Part shown: in pieces, positions 38,532 to 52,193 of the stretch
How the letters are laid out: each line of letters begins with the position of its first letter
How positions within the stretch are numbered: the first letter of the stretch is position 1
NCBI GenBank assembly: GCA_963678065.2
Contig: CAXXVZ010000002.1
Span: 480,001-544,000 of the forward strand
Source of the DNA: Treponemataceae bacterium
GTDB lineage: Bacteria; Spirochaetota; Spirochaetia; Treponematales; Rectinemataceae
Length of the DNA: 64,000 nt
Reading direction: 5' to 3'
Translations under genes and position numbers: made by a program
Notes under the pieces: model-generated
Seen by the model: the letters and a program-made list of their open reading frames with translations, nothing else
Told to the model about the DNA's origin: nothing
The model's database searches: none

Positions 38532-38569
38532 ATGCAACAACCCCGCGGCACGCCGCGGGGTTGTTGCAT
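38532..38569. repeat. Perfect 18-bp inverted repeat (REP/IS200-end-like hairpin or terminator)
   Basis: ATGCAACAACCCCGCGGC-ac-GCCGCGGGGTTGTTGCAT. Confidence 0.85.
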
Positions 38570-38599
38570 CTATGGAGAATTGGTAGTTAGCGAATCGGA

Positions 38600-39589
38600 T
38601 CAGGGAAGGGTGGACGAGAGAACATAGCTCTTGACGCCGCCATTCCCGGCGATCGCGATCTGGAACTTCCTGCCGTCCTGGTAGACATCGACCGTAGCGT
38701 ACTGGTTGTGGTACGAGGCGTCATTCCCGTAGGCGGCGCTGGCCTGCAGCGTGATGTAGTGGATGCCGTTGACCTGCTGGTAGCCGCCGTCGTGGTAATG
38801 CCCCGCGATCGCGGCCATCACGAGTCCGCTCTTCTCGAGTATCGGGCGGACATCCGCGGCGTTCTTGATCGAGTGCGCGGGATCGAAGGCGGAGTCGACC
38901 TGCTCCTCGGGATTGAGAAGTTGGTGGGTAAACACGATAGTCGGCAGTTTTGTCGCCGCGAGGTCGGCCTTGAGCCAGGCGAGTTCGGCCGCGGGGATAT
39001 TCGCGTCGGACCAGAGGTAGCCGTAGCCAGCCGAGCCGGGCAGGCCCGAGTAGGCATTTCCGCCGGAAGTATAGCTGGCGTCGAGGACGATGAAGTGAAC
39101 GCCGTCCTGGTCGTAGGAATAGTAATACTGACCCGCCGGGAGCCTGATGCCGCTGTTCGGGGCTCTGGAACCCACATCTTCCTTCGAGAGTTGGTCTGTG
39201 TCGTGATTCCCGAGGACATGGTAGCGGGGGCCCTTGAAGACGGAGAGTTTCCCCTCAGCGTTGTCCAGGAAGCCGAGGACGGCGGCCTTGCGCCTGTCGT
39301 AGGAGAGGCTCCCGTCGGCGGGATTGTCCGTGAAATCGCCCAGTTCGGCGACGAAGGCCGCGCCCGCTTTGTTCATGGCCTGGGCAAAAGCCTCGATCTT
39401 CGCGGGGCCGCCCGAGAAGTACCGCGGCGCGGCGACAAGGGAAATAGCAGGCGATTGGTCGGCCTTATCACAGACGTGCGTGTCGGTGATCAGACCGAAG
39501 CGCACAAGCCTGACGGCCTGCGCGTTGACGGCTGTCCCGGCGGCGATAAAGGCCCCGACGAGACACAGGGTGCGGATGAATGTTCGCAT
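38600..39589 (-). CDS. Exported calcineurin-like metallophosphoesterase
   Basis: Signal peptide; TDTH, LGD, LGNHD, FTH, AGHYH. Confidence 0.88.
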   Translation of the reverse strand: MRTFIRTLCLVGAFIAAGTAVNAQAVRLVRFGLITDTHVCDKADQSPAISLVAAPRYFSGGPAKIEAFAQAMNKAGAAFVAELGDFTDNPADGSLSYDRRKAAVLGFLDNAEGKLSVFKGPRYHVLGNHDTDQLSKEDVGSRAPNSGIRLPAGQYYYSYDQDGVHFIVLDASYTSGGNAYSGLPGSAGYGYLWSDANIPAAELAWLKADLAATKLPTIVFTHQLLNPEEQVDSAFDPAHSIKNAADVRPILEKSGLVMAAIAGHYHDGGYQQVNGIHYITLQASAAYGNDASYHNQYATVDVYQDGRKFQIAIAGNGGVKSYVLSSTLP

Positions 39590-39636
39590 GTTTCCTCCAG
39601 CGGAATCAAAAGATGAATGGAACGATAAACGTATCG

Positions 39637-39675
39637 GGTCAGGCGTGTATCAACCGTCTGTCAGAAGCAGGTCAT
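39637..39675 (-). promoter_or_regulatory. Pho-box-like 11-bp-period repeats
   Basis: Minus strand ATGACC, CTGACA, TTGATA, CTGACC at exact 11-bp steps. Confidence 0.6.
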
Positions 39676-41378
39676 TTTGCCATCAGCTCGACGAGACTCT
39701 GGGACAGGTACCACTTCGTTCCGTTGAAGACAGCCACGCCGTCGGAATCGACCTGTGCGCCGTTCAGGAATGCGATACTCTTGTTGCGGGGAATCCTGAG
39801 AGTATTCTTGCCATCCTTCGACACCGCCACCAGGACCGGGTTCTCGGCGTCGGTCTTGTCCTCGCTGACCGTCGCTCCCAATTTTTCGAAAGAAGACTTG
39901 GCTTCGACAAAGAGCCGGGCGGTCGTCGCGTCCAAATCAAGACCCATCGACGCGGCCATGTATTTCGCCACGCCGGTGTTGTCGATCCAGCCTGTGGGAC
40001 GGGCACCGGAGGGATCGTAGGCGTAGAGCACGACATCTTCGCCGGTATGGCCGTTGGTGGTGAAGCCGATTTTGGCCCGGGCTGCCAGCATGGGGCCGAC
40101 GGTGTAGTTCATGCTGCCGGCCTTGGTGAAGGCGATGGCCTCGACTTCGGCGGCGGTCAGATCCGCGATGCCGTAGTAGTCGGCCATGACTTTTTTGATA
40201 TCGGCGACTTTGTCGGGATTGACCATCATGGTCGAAGTATCCTTGCCTTCGGCGTCTTTTTTAGCGACAAGCATGGAGGCGGGCAGCAGGGCCTCGAGGC
40301 CTTCGCCGGTCAGCCTGGCTTTCTTTATCGGGTTGACGAACGCGGAGAAATTGGTCTTGTCGTAGCCCGAGCTCAGAGAGCGGTCGGCGATAGAGATGCC
40401 TGAGTTGCCGTGGTCGGACAGGGCGATGACGATGGTGCTTTTGCCGGCTTTGGCAAAGTCGAGGGCCGTCTGCACCGCTCCGTCGAAGGCCAGAATGTCG
40501 CTGACGATGCCCGCGGGGTCATTGGCGTGGGCCGCCCAGTCGACCTTGGATCCCTCGACCATCAGGAAGAAGCCATTCGGGTTCCTGCTCAGGATGTCGA
40601 GAGCCTTGGCCGTCATATCGCTCAGGGAGGGCTCGCGGGCCGGGTCGCGGTCGATGTCGTAGGCCATGGCAGTGGCGGAGGCATTTTTCCCGAAAAGCCC
40701 GAACAGCCTGTCGCCGGAAACAGCCTTGAGGCCGGCCGTGTCTTCGACATAGGCGTAGCCGCGCCCGCGCAGCGCTCCCAGCATGTCTTCCTTGTCCTTG
40801 CGCGCCGCGGGACTCAGGTACTTGATGCCGCCGCCCAGAACCACGTTGAGGCCGTTGTAGACGATCTGCTCGGTCAGGTTGTCGTAGTTGCTGCGGCTGA
40901 CATCGTGGGCGGCGAAATCGGCGGGGGTAGCATGCATGAACTCGCTGGTGCTGATCATACCGGTGGACCGGCCGGAGAGGCGGGCGGCTTCCAGGATGGT
41001 GGCCACAGGGCGCAGGTAGTCGCCGCTGGCCGGCTTGCGGACACCAGAAATAGAGTAGTCTTTGCCGAGCGTCGCGACATTGCCGGTCTGGGACTTCCAG
41101 CCGGTGGAATAGGCCGAACCGGCGGGCGCGGAGTCGGCTATCGTGCCGTCCGAGTTCCAGGTACCGACCAGGCCGCAGGAGAGTTCATCCAGAGCCAGAC
41201 TGCCGCCTTTGACAAACCGCGCCAGCGTGGTTCCCGCGACGCTCATGCCGTCGGGAATCATGATGATGACATTCTTGATCGCGCCGCCGGAGGCAGCCTT
41301 GGATTGGGCAAAGGCCGGAACGGCCAAAAGACTCGCGGCCAGAATCAGGCCGCACAGAATGCGTACGCTTCGCTTCAT
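39672..41378 (-). CDS. phoA: Alkaline phosphatase
   Basis: NVIIMIPDGM, DSAPAG, HATPA, GFFLMVEGSKVDWAAHAND, SDH, GHTGEDV; signal peptide. Confidence 0.95.
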   Translation of the reverse strand: MKRSVRILCGLILAASLLAVPAFAQSKAASGGAIKNVIIMIPDGMSVAGTTLARFVKGGSLALDELSCGLVGTWNSDGTIADSAPAGSAYSTGWKSQTGNVATLGKDYSISGVRKPASGDYLRPVATILEAARLSGRSTGMISTSEFMHATPADFAAHDVSRSNYDNLTEQIVYNGLNVVLGGGIKYLSPAARKDKEDMLGALRGRGYAYVEDTAGLKAVSGDRLFGLFGKNASATAMAYDIDRDPAREPSLSDMTAKALDILSRNPNGFFLMVEGSKVDWAAHANDPAGIVSDILAFDGAVQTALDFAKAGKSTIVIALSDHGNSGISIADRSLSSGYDKTNFSAFVNPIKKARLTGEGLEALLPASMLVAKKDAEGKDTSTMMVNPDKVADIKKVMADYYGIADLTAAEVEAIAFTKAGSMNYTVGPMLAARAKIGFTTNGHTGEDVVLYAYDPSGARPTGWIDNTGVAKYMAASMGLDLDATTARLFVEAKSSFEKLGATVSEDKTDAENPVLVAVSKDGKNTLRIPRNKSIAFLNGAQVDSDGVAVFNGTKWYLSQSLVELMAK

Positions 41379-41477
41379 GGTTACTCCTCATTCTACAACG
41401 TGAACGAATCCGGAATACCTGAAAAATCAGGATTTCCGGCGTTGTAGATGAGCAACATAATGAAGAGGGATTGTGTG

Positions 41478-41510
41478 TCGATGATCACGGCTCCGTTAAT
41501 TTCGGATGAA
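41478..41510 (-). promoter_or_regulatory. Pho-box-like 11-bp-period repeats upstream of phoA
   Basis: Minus strand TTCATC, TTAACG, GTGATC at 11-bp steps. Confidence 0.55.
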
Positions 41511-41541
41511 ACCACATTGCCCCGGATGAGATGCCCCGCGC

Positions 41542-42201
41542 CTACTCGTTCAACTCTTCCCTTCGGCCCTCGACCATGTAGATTACAGCCTCGCAGATGT
41601 TCGTCATGTGATCCCCGAGCCGCTCGAGGTCGCCCGAGGTCTGGATTATCTTCGTCGCCGCCTTCACGAGATCGGGATTGCCCTTCATGAGTCCGAGGAC
41701 TTCCTCGACGAGCACGTGGTGTTCGGCGTCTATCGCGTCGTCCATGTGCGCGACTCGCTGCGCGGATTCGACATCCTGGTCGAGGTAGGCCGCAACGGCC
41801 CCGTGGATCATGTCGCGCCCCGCGAGCGCCATCTTCTCGAGCCGCTCGACCTGCCCCACGGATTTCCCGCCCGAAAGCTTGATCGCGGTCTTCGCGAGGT
41901 GGACGGCGTGGTCGCCCGCCCTCTCGAGATTGTCAGTTACCTTGAACAGCGTCACGAGTTCGCGCAGATCCCGCGCGACCGGCTGCTGGGTCGCGATGAG
42001 GATGGCCGCCTGGTCCTCGATCTTGAGCTGGAGGGCGTTCACGACGGCGTCTCCGGCCTTAACCTCGCGCGCGAGTTCCACGTTGCCGGTCTTGAAAGCC
42101 TCCAGGGCCTTCATGAGGTCTTCCTCGACCCGCACGCCCATCGCGAGAACGTCGTGGCGGATTCTGTTCATTTCATCCATCAGCCTGATGCGGTTGCTCA
42201 C
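41542..42201 (-). CDS. phoU: Phosphate signalling protein
   Basis: QQPVARDLR, LERAGDHA, LERLGDHMTNICE. Confidence 0.95.
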   Translation of the reverse strand: MSNRIRLMDEMNRIRHDVLAMGVRVEEDLMKALEAFKTGNVELAREVKAGDAVVNALQLKIEDQAAILIATQQPVARDLRELVTLFKVTDNLERAGDHAVHLAKTAIKLSGGKSVGQVERLEKMALAGRDMIHGAVAAYLDQDVESAQRVAHMDDAIDAEHHVLVEEVLGLMKGNPDLVKAATKIIQTSGDLERLGDHMTNICEAVIYMVEGRREELNE

Positions 42202-42271
42202 GGCATCCTCCTTCGTCGATCCGGAATGAACCGGCCCGCGTCAAAATGCGGGTTACGCGATCTCATGCGGA

Positions 42272-43105
42272 TCAGCCGAAACGCCCGGAGATGTAGTTCT
42301 CCGTCCGCTCGTCGCGCGGATTGAAAAATATCTGTTTCGTGGGGCCGTATTCAACCAGGTCCCCCACGAGGAGGAAGGCCGTCGAATCGGAGACGCGGCT
42401 CGCCTGCTGCATGTTGTGCGTCACGATGATGATCGTGTAGCGCTGTTTGAGTTCGTCGAGGAGGTTCTCGATCTTGGATGTCGAGATGGGATCGAGAGCG
42501 CTCGTGGGCTCGTCCATGAGGATGATCTCGGGTTTGACGGCGATCGTGCGCGCGATGCACAGGCGCTGCTGCTGGCCGCCCGAGAGGGCGTAGGCGCTCT
42601 GCTTCAGTTTGTCTTTCACCTCGTCCCAGAGCGCCACCTGGCGCAGTGAGGACTCGACGAGTTCGTCCATGTCGCCGGAGTAGCCGTTTATCCGCGCGCC
42701 CCAGGCGATGTTTTCGTGGATGCTTTTCGGGAAGGGGTTGGGTTTCTGGAATACCATCCCGATCCAGCGCCTGACGTGCACAGGGTCGATGGCGGGATCG
42801 TAGATGTTCACGCCGTGAAAGAGTACCTCCCCATCCACCTTCGTGCCCTGGATGAGGTCGTTCATGCGGTTGAAGGCCCGGAGCGCCGTGCTCTTGCCGC
42901 AGCCCGACGGACCGATGATGGCCGTGACGCTGCGCTTCGGGAAACTCATCGTCAGTTTCTTCACCGCCGCAAAGCCGTCGGCGTAGGTGATAGTGAGGTT
43001 CCTGACGTCGAGGGCGCTGCCCTGCCCGCCCGCGATGGATTCCGCTCCGGTCGCGAGCGGAACCGAAAAAGGATTGTCGTCGTTCTTTCTGGCGAACATG
43101 CTCAT
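42272..43105 (-). CDS. pstB: Phosphate ABC ATPase
   Basis: [40 protein letters not shown]. Confidence 0.97.
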   Translation of the reverse strand: MSMFARKNDDNPFSVPLATGAESIAGGQGSALDVRNLTITYADGFAAVKKLTMSFPKRSVTAIIGPSGCGKSTALRAFNRMNDLIQGTKVDGEVLFHGVNIYDPAIDPVHVRRWIGMVFQKPNPFPKSIHENIAWGARINGYSGDMDELVESSLRQVALWDEVKDKLKQSAYALSGGQQQRLCIARTIAVKPEIILMDEPTSALDPISTSKIENLLDELKQRYTIIIVTHNMQQASRVSDSTAFLLVGDLVEYGPTKQIFFNPRDERTENYISGRFG

Positions 43106-44385
43106 TTTCCGAGCCTCTTCTCTTTTCGGTATTTATTGCGCACGATTATGGCCGAGGCGTTGAGCGTCAGGCCGAGAATCATGAGGACGAGGATGGCGGC
43201 CGCCGCGAGATTGCGGAACTCGGCTTGCGGTCGCGCCGTCCACTGGTAGATCTGTATGGGAAGCGTCGTGAACTTCGAGAAGGGCCCCGTCGGGTCCTGC
43301 GTGAGGAAGGTCGAAGCCCCGACGACGACGAGAGGCGCCGTCTCGCCGAGTGCGCGCGATACCGCGAGCACGGTCCCCGTCATGATGCGGTCGACCGAAG
43401 CCGGCAGGACGTGGTGCCAGATCGTCTGCCACTTGGTCGCACCCACGGCCAGGCTCGACTGCCGGAGCGAATCGGGCACGGCGCGCAGGGCCTCCTGCGC
43501 GTTGATGATGACGATGGGAAGGATGAGGACAGCCAGAGTGAGCGAGGCGGAGAGTATGGTCCTTCCGTTCGCGCCCCCGCTTCCCGCCGCGCCGGCGACC
43601 GATGCGGCGCCGGCCGCCACCTTGGCGCCGACTCCGAAAATCGCCCCCGATGTGAGCGGTTCGAGCAGCCGCACGAAAATCGCGAGCCCGAGCATGCCGT
43701 AGATAATGGAAGGAACGCCCGCGAGATTGTAGATATTCGTCTCTATCATCCGGTTGACCGGAGAGTCTTTGGCGTATTCTTCGAGATAGATCGCGGCGGC
43801 CACGCCGACGGGGAAGGCGATGAGAATGGTCAGGAGGATCGTCCCGAGCGAGCCGATGATCGCGCCCCGTATGCCGGCATCGAGGGCGACGCTCGACTGG
43901 GGTTTCGTGAAGAGTCCCCCGTTGATCCATGATCTGAAGGTCAGTTCGCCTTCGGGATAGACCTCCGCGACTTCCTTCCGTATCGCCTGCGCGCCAAGAA
44001 GGCTCTGTCCCAGTGTCCATGTTTTCTTGACGATGGGGTTGACGACCTCGGTGAGGACGAGCGCGTACAACTCATCCCTCGAGCGGGAGTTCATCGGCTT
44101 CTCTTCGTCGAGCTTGATGTAGAGTCGGCGGGAAATATTCTCCTGAAGGTCCGCGACGAGGGCGGTCGCGTCCTGCTTGACGAGCGGAACCCCATCCCTT
44201 TCGAGCGTCGCGGGATCGACTTCGGGGACAGTGAGGACGTAGCCGAAGCTCCGGTTCACGATGCTGGCGACGAGAGAAACGAGGAAGAGGACGGAGAGGG
44301 CGGTCGCGAGGAGGAAAACCACGCTCCAGCGTCTGCCCGCGGCATTCCTCGCCGGGAGGTTCGTGATGAAATCGTCCCGCTTCAT
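43102..44385 (-). CDS. pstA: Phosphate ABC permease
   Basis: [28 protein letters not shown]. Confidence 0.95.
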   Translation of the reverse strand: MKRDDFITNLPARNAAGRRWSVVFLLATALSVLFLVSLVASIVNRSFGYVLTVPEVDPATLERDGVPLVKQDATALVADLQENISRRLYIKLDEEKPMNSRSRDELYALVLTEVVNPIVKKTWTLGQSLLGAQAIRKEVAEVYPEGELTFRSWINGGLFTKPQSSVALDAGIRGAIIGSLGTILLTILIAFPVGVAAAIYLEEYAKDSPVNRMIETNIYNLAGVPSIIYGMLGLAIFVRLLEPLTSGAIFGVGAKVAAGAASVAGAAGSGGANGRTILSASLTLAVLILPIVIINAQEALRAVPDSLRQSSLAVGATKWQTIWHHVLPASVDRIMTGTVLAVSRALGETAPLVVVGASTFLTQDPTGPFSKFTTLPIQIYQWTARPQAEFRNLAAAAILVLMILGLTLNASAIIVRNKYRKEKRLGK

Positions 44386-45344
44386 TCGTAGACCTCCCGG
44401 TAGCGGCGGATGATCTTCCGCGAGAGGATGTTGAGCCCGAGCGTCACGAGGAAGAGAAGAAGGGCGATAGCGAAGAGGCTCCGGTAGTCGATGGAGTCGT
44501 AGGGGAGGTCGCCGCCTGAGATGCGCACTATGTGTCCCGTCATGGTCTCCGCGGAGCGGAAGGGGTTCAGCGTGAAATTGGGCCCCGCGCCCGCTGCGAG
44601 CGCGACGATCATCGTCTCTCCGACGGCGCGGGACAGTCCGAGGATGAATGCAGCCGCCAGGCCGGAAAACGCGGAAGGAACGACGATCTTTATCGAGGTC
44701 TCCAGCTTGGTCGCTCCCATCGCGAAAGAAGCTTCACGGAGCGAACCGGGCACAGCCGACAGGGCATCCTCGCACATCGAGGCGATGAGGGGCAGGATGA
44801 GGATACCCATGACGAGCCCCGCGGAGAGCGTGTTGTAGATCTCGACATTCTGTTGCCCGAAGACGCCCCGGATGAGCGGCGTGACCGTCGTGAGGGCGAA
44901 GTACCCGTACACGACAGTCGGAATGCCCGCGAGCACTTCGAGGATGGGCTTCAGGATGTCGCGGACTTGCGGACTGGCGTACTCGGCGAGGTAGATGGCC
45001 ACGACCATGCCGAGGGGCAGGGCCACCAGCATGGCGTAGAAGCTTGTCGTGAGCGTGGCGGTGACGAGGGGCAGGATGCCGAATTTCCCGATCGTGGGCT
45101 GCCAGACCGTTCCGGTGAAAAACTCGACCAGCGACACTTCTTTGAAGAATCCGAAGGATTCCCGTCCCAGAGTCAGGACGATGCCTATGGTCGTGAATAT
45201 GGAAATCACGGCGCAAAAGTACAGGAAGGCTTCGACGAGGGTCTCGCCGGGACGGACCGTCCGTCCCAGGCGAATGATTCCCGTCGACTCCTCCCTGTAC
45301 CCTCGCGTCGGGCCGGATCCTGCGGAACCGGTTCGCTCTGTCAT
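44382..45344 (-). CDS. pstC: Phosphate ABC permease
   Basis: LAGIPTVVYG, SRAVGETMIV, LFAIALLLF. Confidence 0.95.
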   Translation of the reverse strand: MTERTGSAGSGPTRGYREESTGIIRLGRTVRPGETLVEAFLYFCAVISIFTTIGIVLTLGRESFGFFKEVSLVEFFTGTVWQPTIGKFGILPLVTATLTTSFYAMLVALPLGMVVAIYLAEYASPQVRDILKPILEVLAGIPTVVYGYFALTTVTPLIRGVFGQQNVEIYNTLSAGLVMGILILPLIASMCEDALSAVPGSLREASFAMGATKLETSIKIVVPSAFSGLAAAFILGLSRAVGETMIVALAAGAGPNFTLNPFRSAETMTGHIVRISGGDLPYDSIDYRSLFAIALLLFLVTLGLNILSRKIIRRYREVYE

Positions 45345-45346
45345 GT

Positions 45347-46330
45347 TCAGAAGCGTCCCTTCATCGCCGTGGCGAGAAGCTGTTTGGACTTCTTGATCTC
45401 CTCGGCGGGAGCGGGGAAGTAGCCGACCTTCTTGATGACTTTGTTGACAGTGGTCAGGTAGTAGGTGAGGAAGGCGGCGACCTGGGGCTTCTCGGCGATG
45501 ATGCGGGCGTCGGAGTAGAGGAAGAGAGGGCGGGCGAGGGCATAGGTGCCCGCATCCACGGACGCTTGGCTGGGCTCGACACCATTCACGGAGACGGCCC
45601 TGAGCTTGGCCTTGTTCTCGACGTAGTAGGCGAAGCCGAAGTAGCCGATCGAGTATTCGTCGCCCTCGACACCCTGGACGAGAACGTTGTCATCTTCGGA
45701 GAGCTGGAGATTCTTCGCGCTGAGGAGAGGCTTCGTGTCTTTCTTGAAGAGGTGCTCGACCAGGTAGCTGAAGGTGCCGGAGTCGGTGCCGGGACTGAAG
45801 CGCTTGATCTCCTTCTTGGGCCAGGCCGCGCGGACGTCGGACCAGTAGGTCGCGGTGGAGAATATCTTGGCGAGCTCGGCGTTCGTGGCGTCCTGGAGGA
45901 AGGTGTTCTTGGTGCTCACGACGATGGAGAGGGCGTCGGTGCCGATCCTGAACCCGATGGGCGTCCGGGGAGGATTCAGCTTGGCCGCGGAGTCGATCTG
46001 AGCCGCGCTGATCGCGACGGAGGCGTTGGAGATGTCGGTCTCGCCCGCTTTGCAGAAGCGGTCGAATCCGGCTCCGGAGCCGATGGAGTCGATGGTGATC
46101 TGGCCAGTGAAACCTTCCTTCTTGAAGCGCTCGGCGATAGCTTCGGAGAGCGGGAAGACCGTGGATGAGCCGGCGGTGATCACGGTGCCGGTCACTTTGG
46201 AGGGATTGACGCCGGGCAGAATTTTGTCGACATCGTCGGAGACGGAATCGACCCAGGTGAACTTGCTCTGGGCGAAAGCGGAGAAAGCCGCCATCGTCAA
46301 CAAGGCAACTACAAGGATTTTCTTCATCAT
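45347..46330 (-). CDS. pstS: Phosphate-binding protein
   Basis: GSSTVFP, GSGAG, DSGTF, SEDDN, YALARPLFLY; signal peptide. Confidence 0.95.
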   Translation of the reverse strand: MMKKILVVALLTMAAFSAFAQSKFTWVDSVSDDVDKILPGVNPSKVTGTVITAGSSTVFPLSEAIAERFKKEGFTGQITIDSIGSGAGFDRFCKAGETDISNASVAISAAQIDSAAKLNPPRTPIGFRIGTDALSIVVSTKNTFLQDATNAELAKIFSTATYWSDVRAAWPKKEIKRFSPGTDSGTFSYLVEHLFKKDTKPLLSAKNLQLSEDDNVLVQGVEGDEYSIGYFGFAYYVENKAKLRAVSVNGVEPSQASVDAGTYALARPLFLYSDARIIAEKPQVAAFLTYYLTTVNKVIKKVGYFPAPAEEIKKSKQLLATAMKGRF

Positions 46331-46416
46331 GATCCTCCGTGCTACGTAAAAACATTCGGCTCCAGATGAGCGTGGGCAAAAAGTACGGGATGCCGGTGAG
46401 TATTCAAGTAGCCTTG

Positions 46417-46429
46417 TGTCAGGATTCGG

Positions 46430-46433
<4 letters not shown>
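46417..46433 (-). promoter_or_regulatory. Pho-box-like repeat upstream of pstS
   Basis: Minus strand TTAACC-gaatc-CTGACA (11-bp period). Confidence 0.55.
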
Positions 46434-49653
<3,220 letters not shown>

Positions 49654-49657
<4 letters not shown>

Positions 49658-50784
49658 ATCCCTATGGCGACACCCGTCAATGTCTGGTTCACATGAATGC
49701 CGTTGTACTGCTCGCCGTAGGTGCTGAAGCCCACGAAGTTGTAGGCCCTGAGCGCCTCTCCCGCAGCTTCGACCTGGCCACTCTGCTCGAGTTCGAGTCG
49801 CCGGAGGATGCAGTCGCAGCCCAGAATCAGCTGAAGGCCGGGCACGCGTTCGCGAAGGGCCGCAAGTTCGGCCCCGAGATGCTCGACGAGGTTTTTGCCC
49901 TGTGCGACCGTGAGGACAAGCCCGTTGTCGATGGCGCAGAAGAAGGTCAGGCTCCCGTCGGAGTTGGCCTTCTGGATGGCGCGGACAAAGTATTCACCCC
50001 CGATGCGCAGCATTACAGGGTAAGCCGCGAAGACCTGAGGAGTCAGTTCCGTGAGTTCGAGCCCGACCACCTTTGCATACTCCTCGGCTGCGGGGCCGCC
50101 ATTGATTTCGTACACTGTCCGCGTCGGCCCGTCGGCTTCCGTGATGACAAGGCGCCTGCCGGTCGGCTCAAAATGCTGGATCTTGAAAGTTTCGAAAGGA
50201 AGGGAGGTGTCGACGAGAACGAGGACAGCCGCATCGGACTGGAATTTTCCATCGAAATACACATAAGTCCTGCCGAAATTGAGCCCGTCGCCCGCGGAGC
50301 CTCCGATCAGGGGCACTCCGTCGAGGCTGCCGAACAGCATGGCGACGAGCTGCTCCTCGAGCATGGACATACCGTCCACCAGAAGGAAGGTGAACATCCT
50401 CGCGGCCTTCAGGACTTCGCCGCCAGTCGCCTCGTCGCGTAAACTCTGAGCCAGCTCGCGGGCGGCAATCACATCGAACTGCCCGAGTCCGGAAATGAGG
50501 CGCGGATAGGCTTTCAGTTCGGCCGAATAGAGCGAGACGAGGATGAGGCCGCCCTTCACATACCCTTCGGGCCCATATATCTCTCCGGCCGACGTGCAGC
50601 CGACGACCGTTCCGGGGATGAAATCGGGGATGGCCTTCCCCATCGCGTCGAGGTCGTACTCGGACGAACAGAAGACGATGGACAGGCTGGGCTTCCCCTC
50701 CGGCATGCCGGCAGTCGCCTCGCGCAGCGCGCCATAGGGGTCACGATTCCTGCTGAAACCGCGGTGATACTCCAGCCTTCCCAT
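49654..50784 (-). CDS. nosP: FIST-domain NO-sensing heme protein
   Basis: FCSSEYD, GCTSAGEI, GGSAGD, LTFFCAI, CDCILRRLE, GFSTYGEQ, HVNQT. Confidence 0.88.
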
Positions 50785-50956
50785 GCCGCATCCTCCCTGC
50801 CACAGAACACATTCTAGCAGACTCTCATCCGGAAGGAATCCTTTCTATACCAGTATAGGTTGAAAAACGGCCAGGCTTCAATTTTTAACCGCAATTCCAT
50901 GCGCCGCGAGAGCCTTTCAGGCTCTTCCGGCCGGGCTCGGGGAGCAATACCCCGAT

Positions 50957-51382
50957 TCAGACTCCCCGGCTCAGCGCGAACCACAAGCATCCGAACAGCA
51001 GAAGTCCGAGGTTGGCGAACAGTGCCACCGCATCCTTCGCCTCGATCCTGATCGCGAGCACTTCGGAGCGGAAGGCAGCCGCTGCGAGGCTCAGGACCAG
51101 AATCAGGAGCCAGAAAGAAATCGTGCAGGCTTTGCCGACAATATACAATTGCCTCTCGTCGAATGCACGGCCAGGCCGTTTTAGCGAAACAAGGCCGATG
51201 ATGAAAAACACGACCCAGCTCCCGCCGATCCCCGCCGTCAACCCCGAAGTAAAGGATTCTCCCATTTTCAGGAACCCACCGAAGAGTGCCACATTGACGA
51301 ACATCAGCGCGAGCACGGCATTTGTCGCCACAAATTTCTTCATCGTCATTTTTCTTATTCCGTTCATCCTCATCGCGTTCAT
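50957..51382 (-). CDS. Four-TM membrane protein (DUF2178-like)
   Basis: FDERQ motif between hydrophobic helices; ATGA coupling to the upstream Xre gene. Confidence 0.7.
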   Translation of the reverse strand: MNAMRMNGIRKMTMKKFVATNAVLALMFVNVALFGGFLKMGESFTSGLTAGIGGSWVVFFIIGLVSLKRPGRAFDERQLYIVGKACTISFWLLILVLSLAAAAFRSEVLAIRIEAKDAVALFANLGLLLFGCLWFALSRGV

Positions 51383-51594
51383 TTTTCTTCCTCCAGAGTG
51401 GTTTCCGGCAACAAAAAAAGCTTCTCCACCGTCGAGCCAAGTTCGCGGGCCAGCATCAAGGCCAGCGTCAGGGAGGGATCGTAGCGCCCCCCCTCGATCG
51501 AGATGATTGTCTGACGCGACACGCCGAGTTTCCTGCCGAGATCTTCCTGGGTCATCCCGGTATGAGTTCGGAGTTCGCGCACGAGATTCTTCAT
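51379..51594 (-). CDS. Xre/Cro HTH transcriptional regulator
   Basis: MTQEDLGRKLGVSRQTIISIEGGRYDPSL. Confidence 0.93.
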   Translation of the reverse strand: MKNLVRELRTHTGMTQEDLGRKLGVSRQTIISIEGGRYDPSLTLALMLARELGSTVEKLFLLPETTLEEEK

Positions 51595-51646
51595 CGCAAC
51601 TCCTCCCGCGCCTGACGGGCTTCCCCTTCGCGGCGGAGGGAAGATT

Positions 51647-51707
51647 TGTCAAGCACGCTTGACATACCATAGCGCGACAAAGCCAAAAATGTCAAGCACG
51701 CTTTACA
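51647..51707 (-). promoter_or_regulatory. Sigma70 promoter flanked by two palindromic operators
   Basis: TGTCAAGC-ac-GCTTGACA (51647-51664) and TGTCAAGC-ac-GCTTTACA (51690-51707); minus strand TTGACA-18-TATGGT. Confidence 0.8.
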
Positions 51708-51846
51708 AATCATCATAAACCGAGAACCTCTGGATTCGCCACACAGCGGCGGCGAATGGGCCGATGCGCCACAATTTCCGGTAAAAAGAGTGCTTCAGCG
51801 CAAAGCGGCTTGACAGCGGCCGGGGTATCCGGCGGAGAATGCCGCC

Positions 51847-52128
51847 ATGAGTGCGTACTTTGTCGCCTTTATCCGAATTTCAGATAAGGCCCGCTACGAA
51901 GAGTATCTCGCAGGTTTCGACGCCGTCTTCGAGGGCGGCGAAGTCGTCGCGGTCGACGACGCGCCCATCATTCTCGAGGGAAACCCACCCGGGGGCCGAG
52001 CCGTCATCATCCGCTTCCCCGACGATGCAACCCTTCGCCGCTGGTACGACTCCCCCGGCTACGCCCGACTTCGCGCTATCAGGCAGTCGGCCTCGGAAGG
52101 CGACATACTCCTGGTGCATGGACGATAG
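51847..52128 (+). CDS. DUF1330 family protein
   Basis: MSAYFVA, LEG, VIIRFPD, WYDSPGY. Confidence 0.88.
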   Translation: MSAYFVAFIRISDKARYEEYLAGFDAVFEGGEVVAVDDAPIILEGNPPGGRAVIIRFPDDATLRRWYDSPGYARLRAIRQSASEGDILLVHGR

Positions 52129-52158
52129 CCATCTCTCCTGCGTCGACACGAAAGTTGG

Positions 52159-52193
52159 TTGACGCAATCATCCAACCAGACGTATAATGCTTC
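52159..52193 (+). promoter_or_regulatory. Sigma70 promoter for a probably leaderless mRNA
   Basis: TTGACG-18-TATAAT-5-ATG, no SD. Confidence 0.65.
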
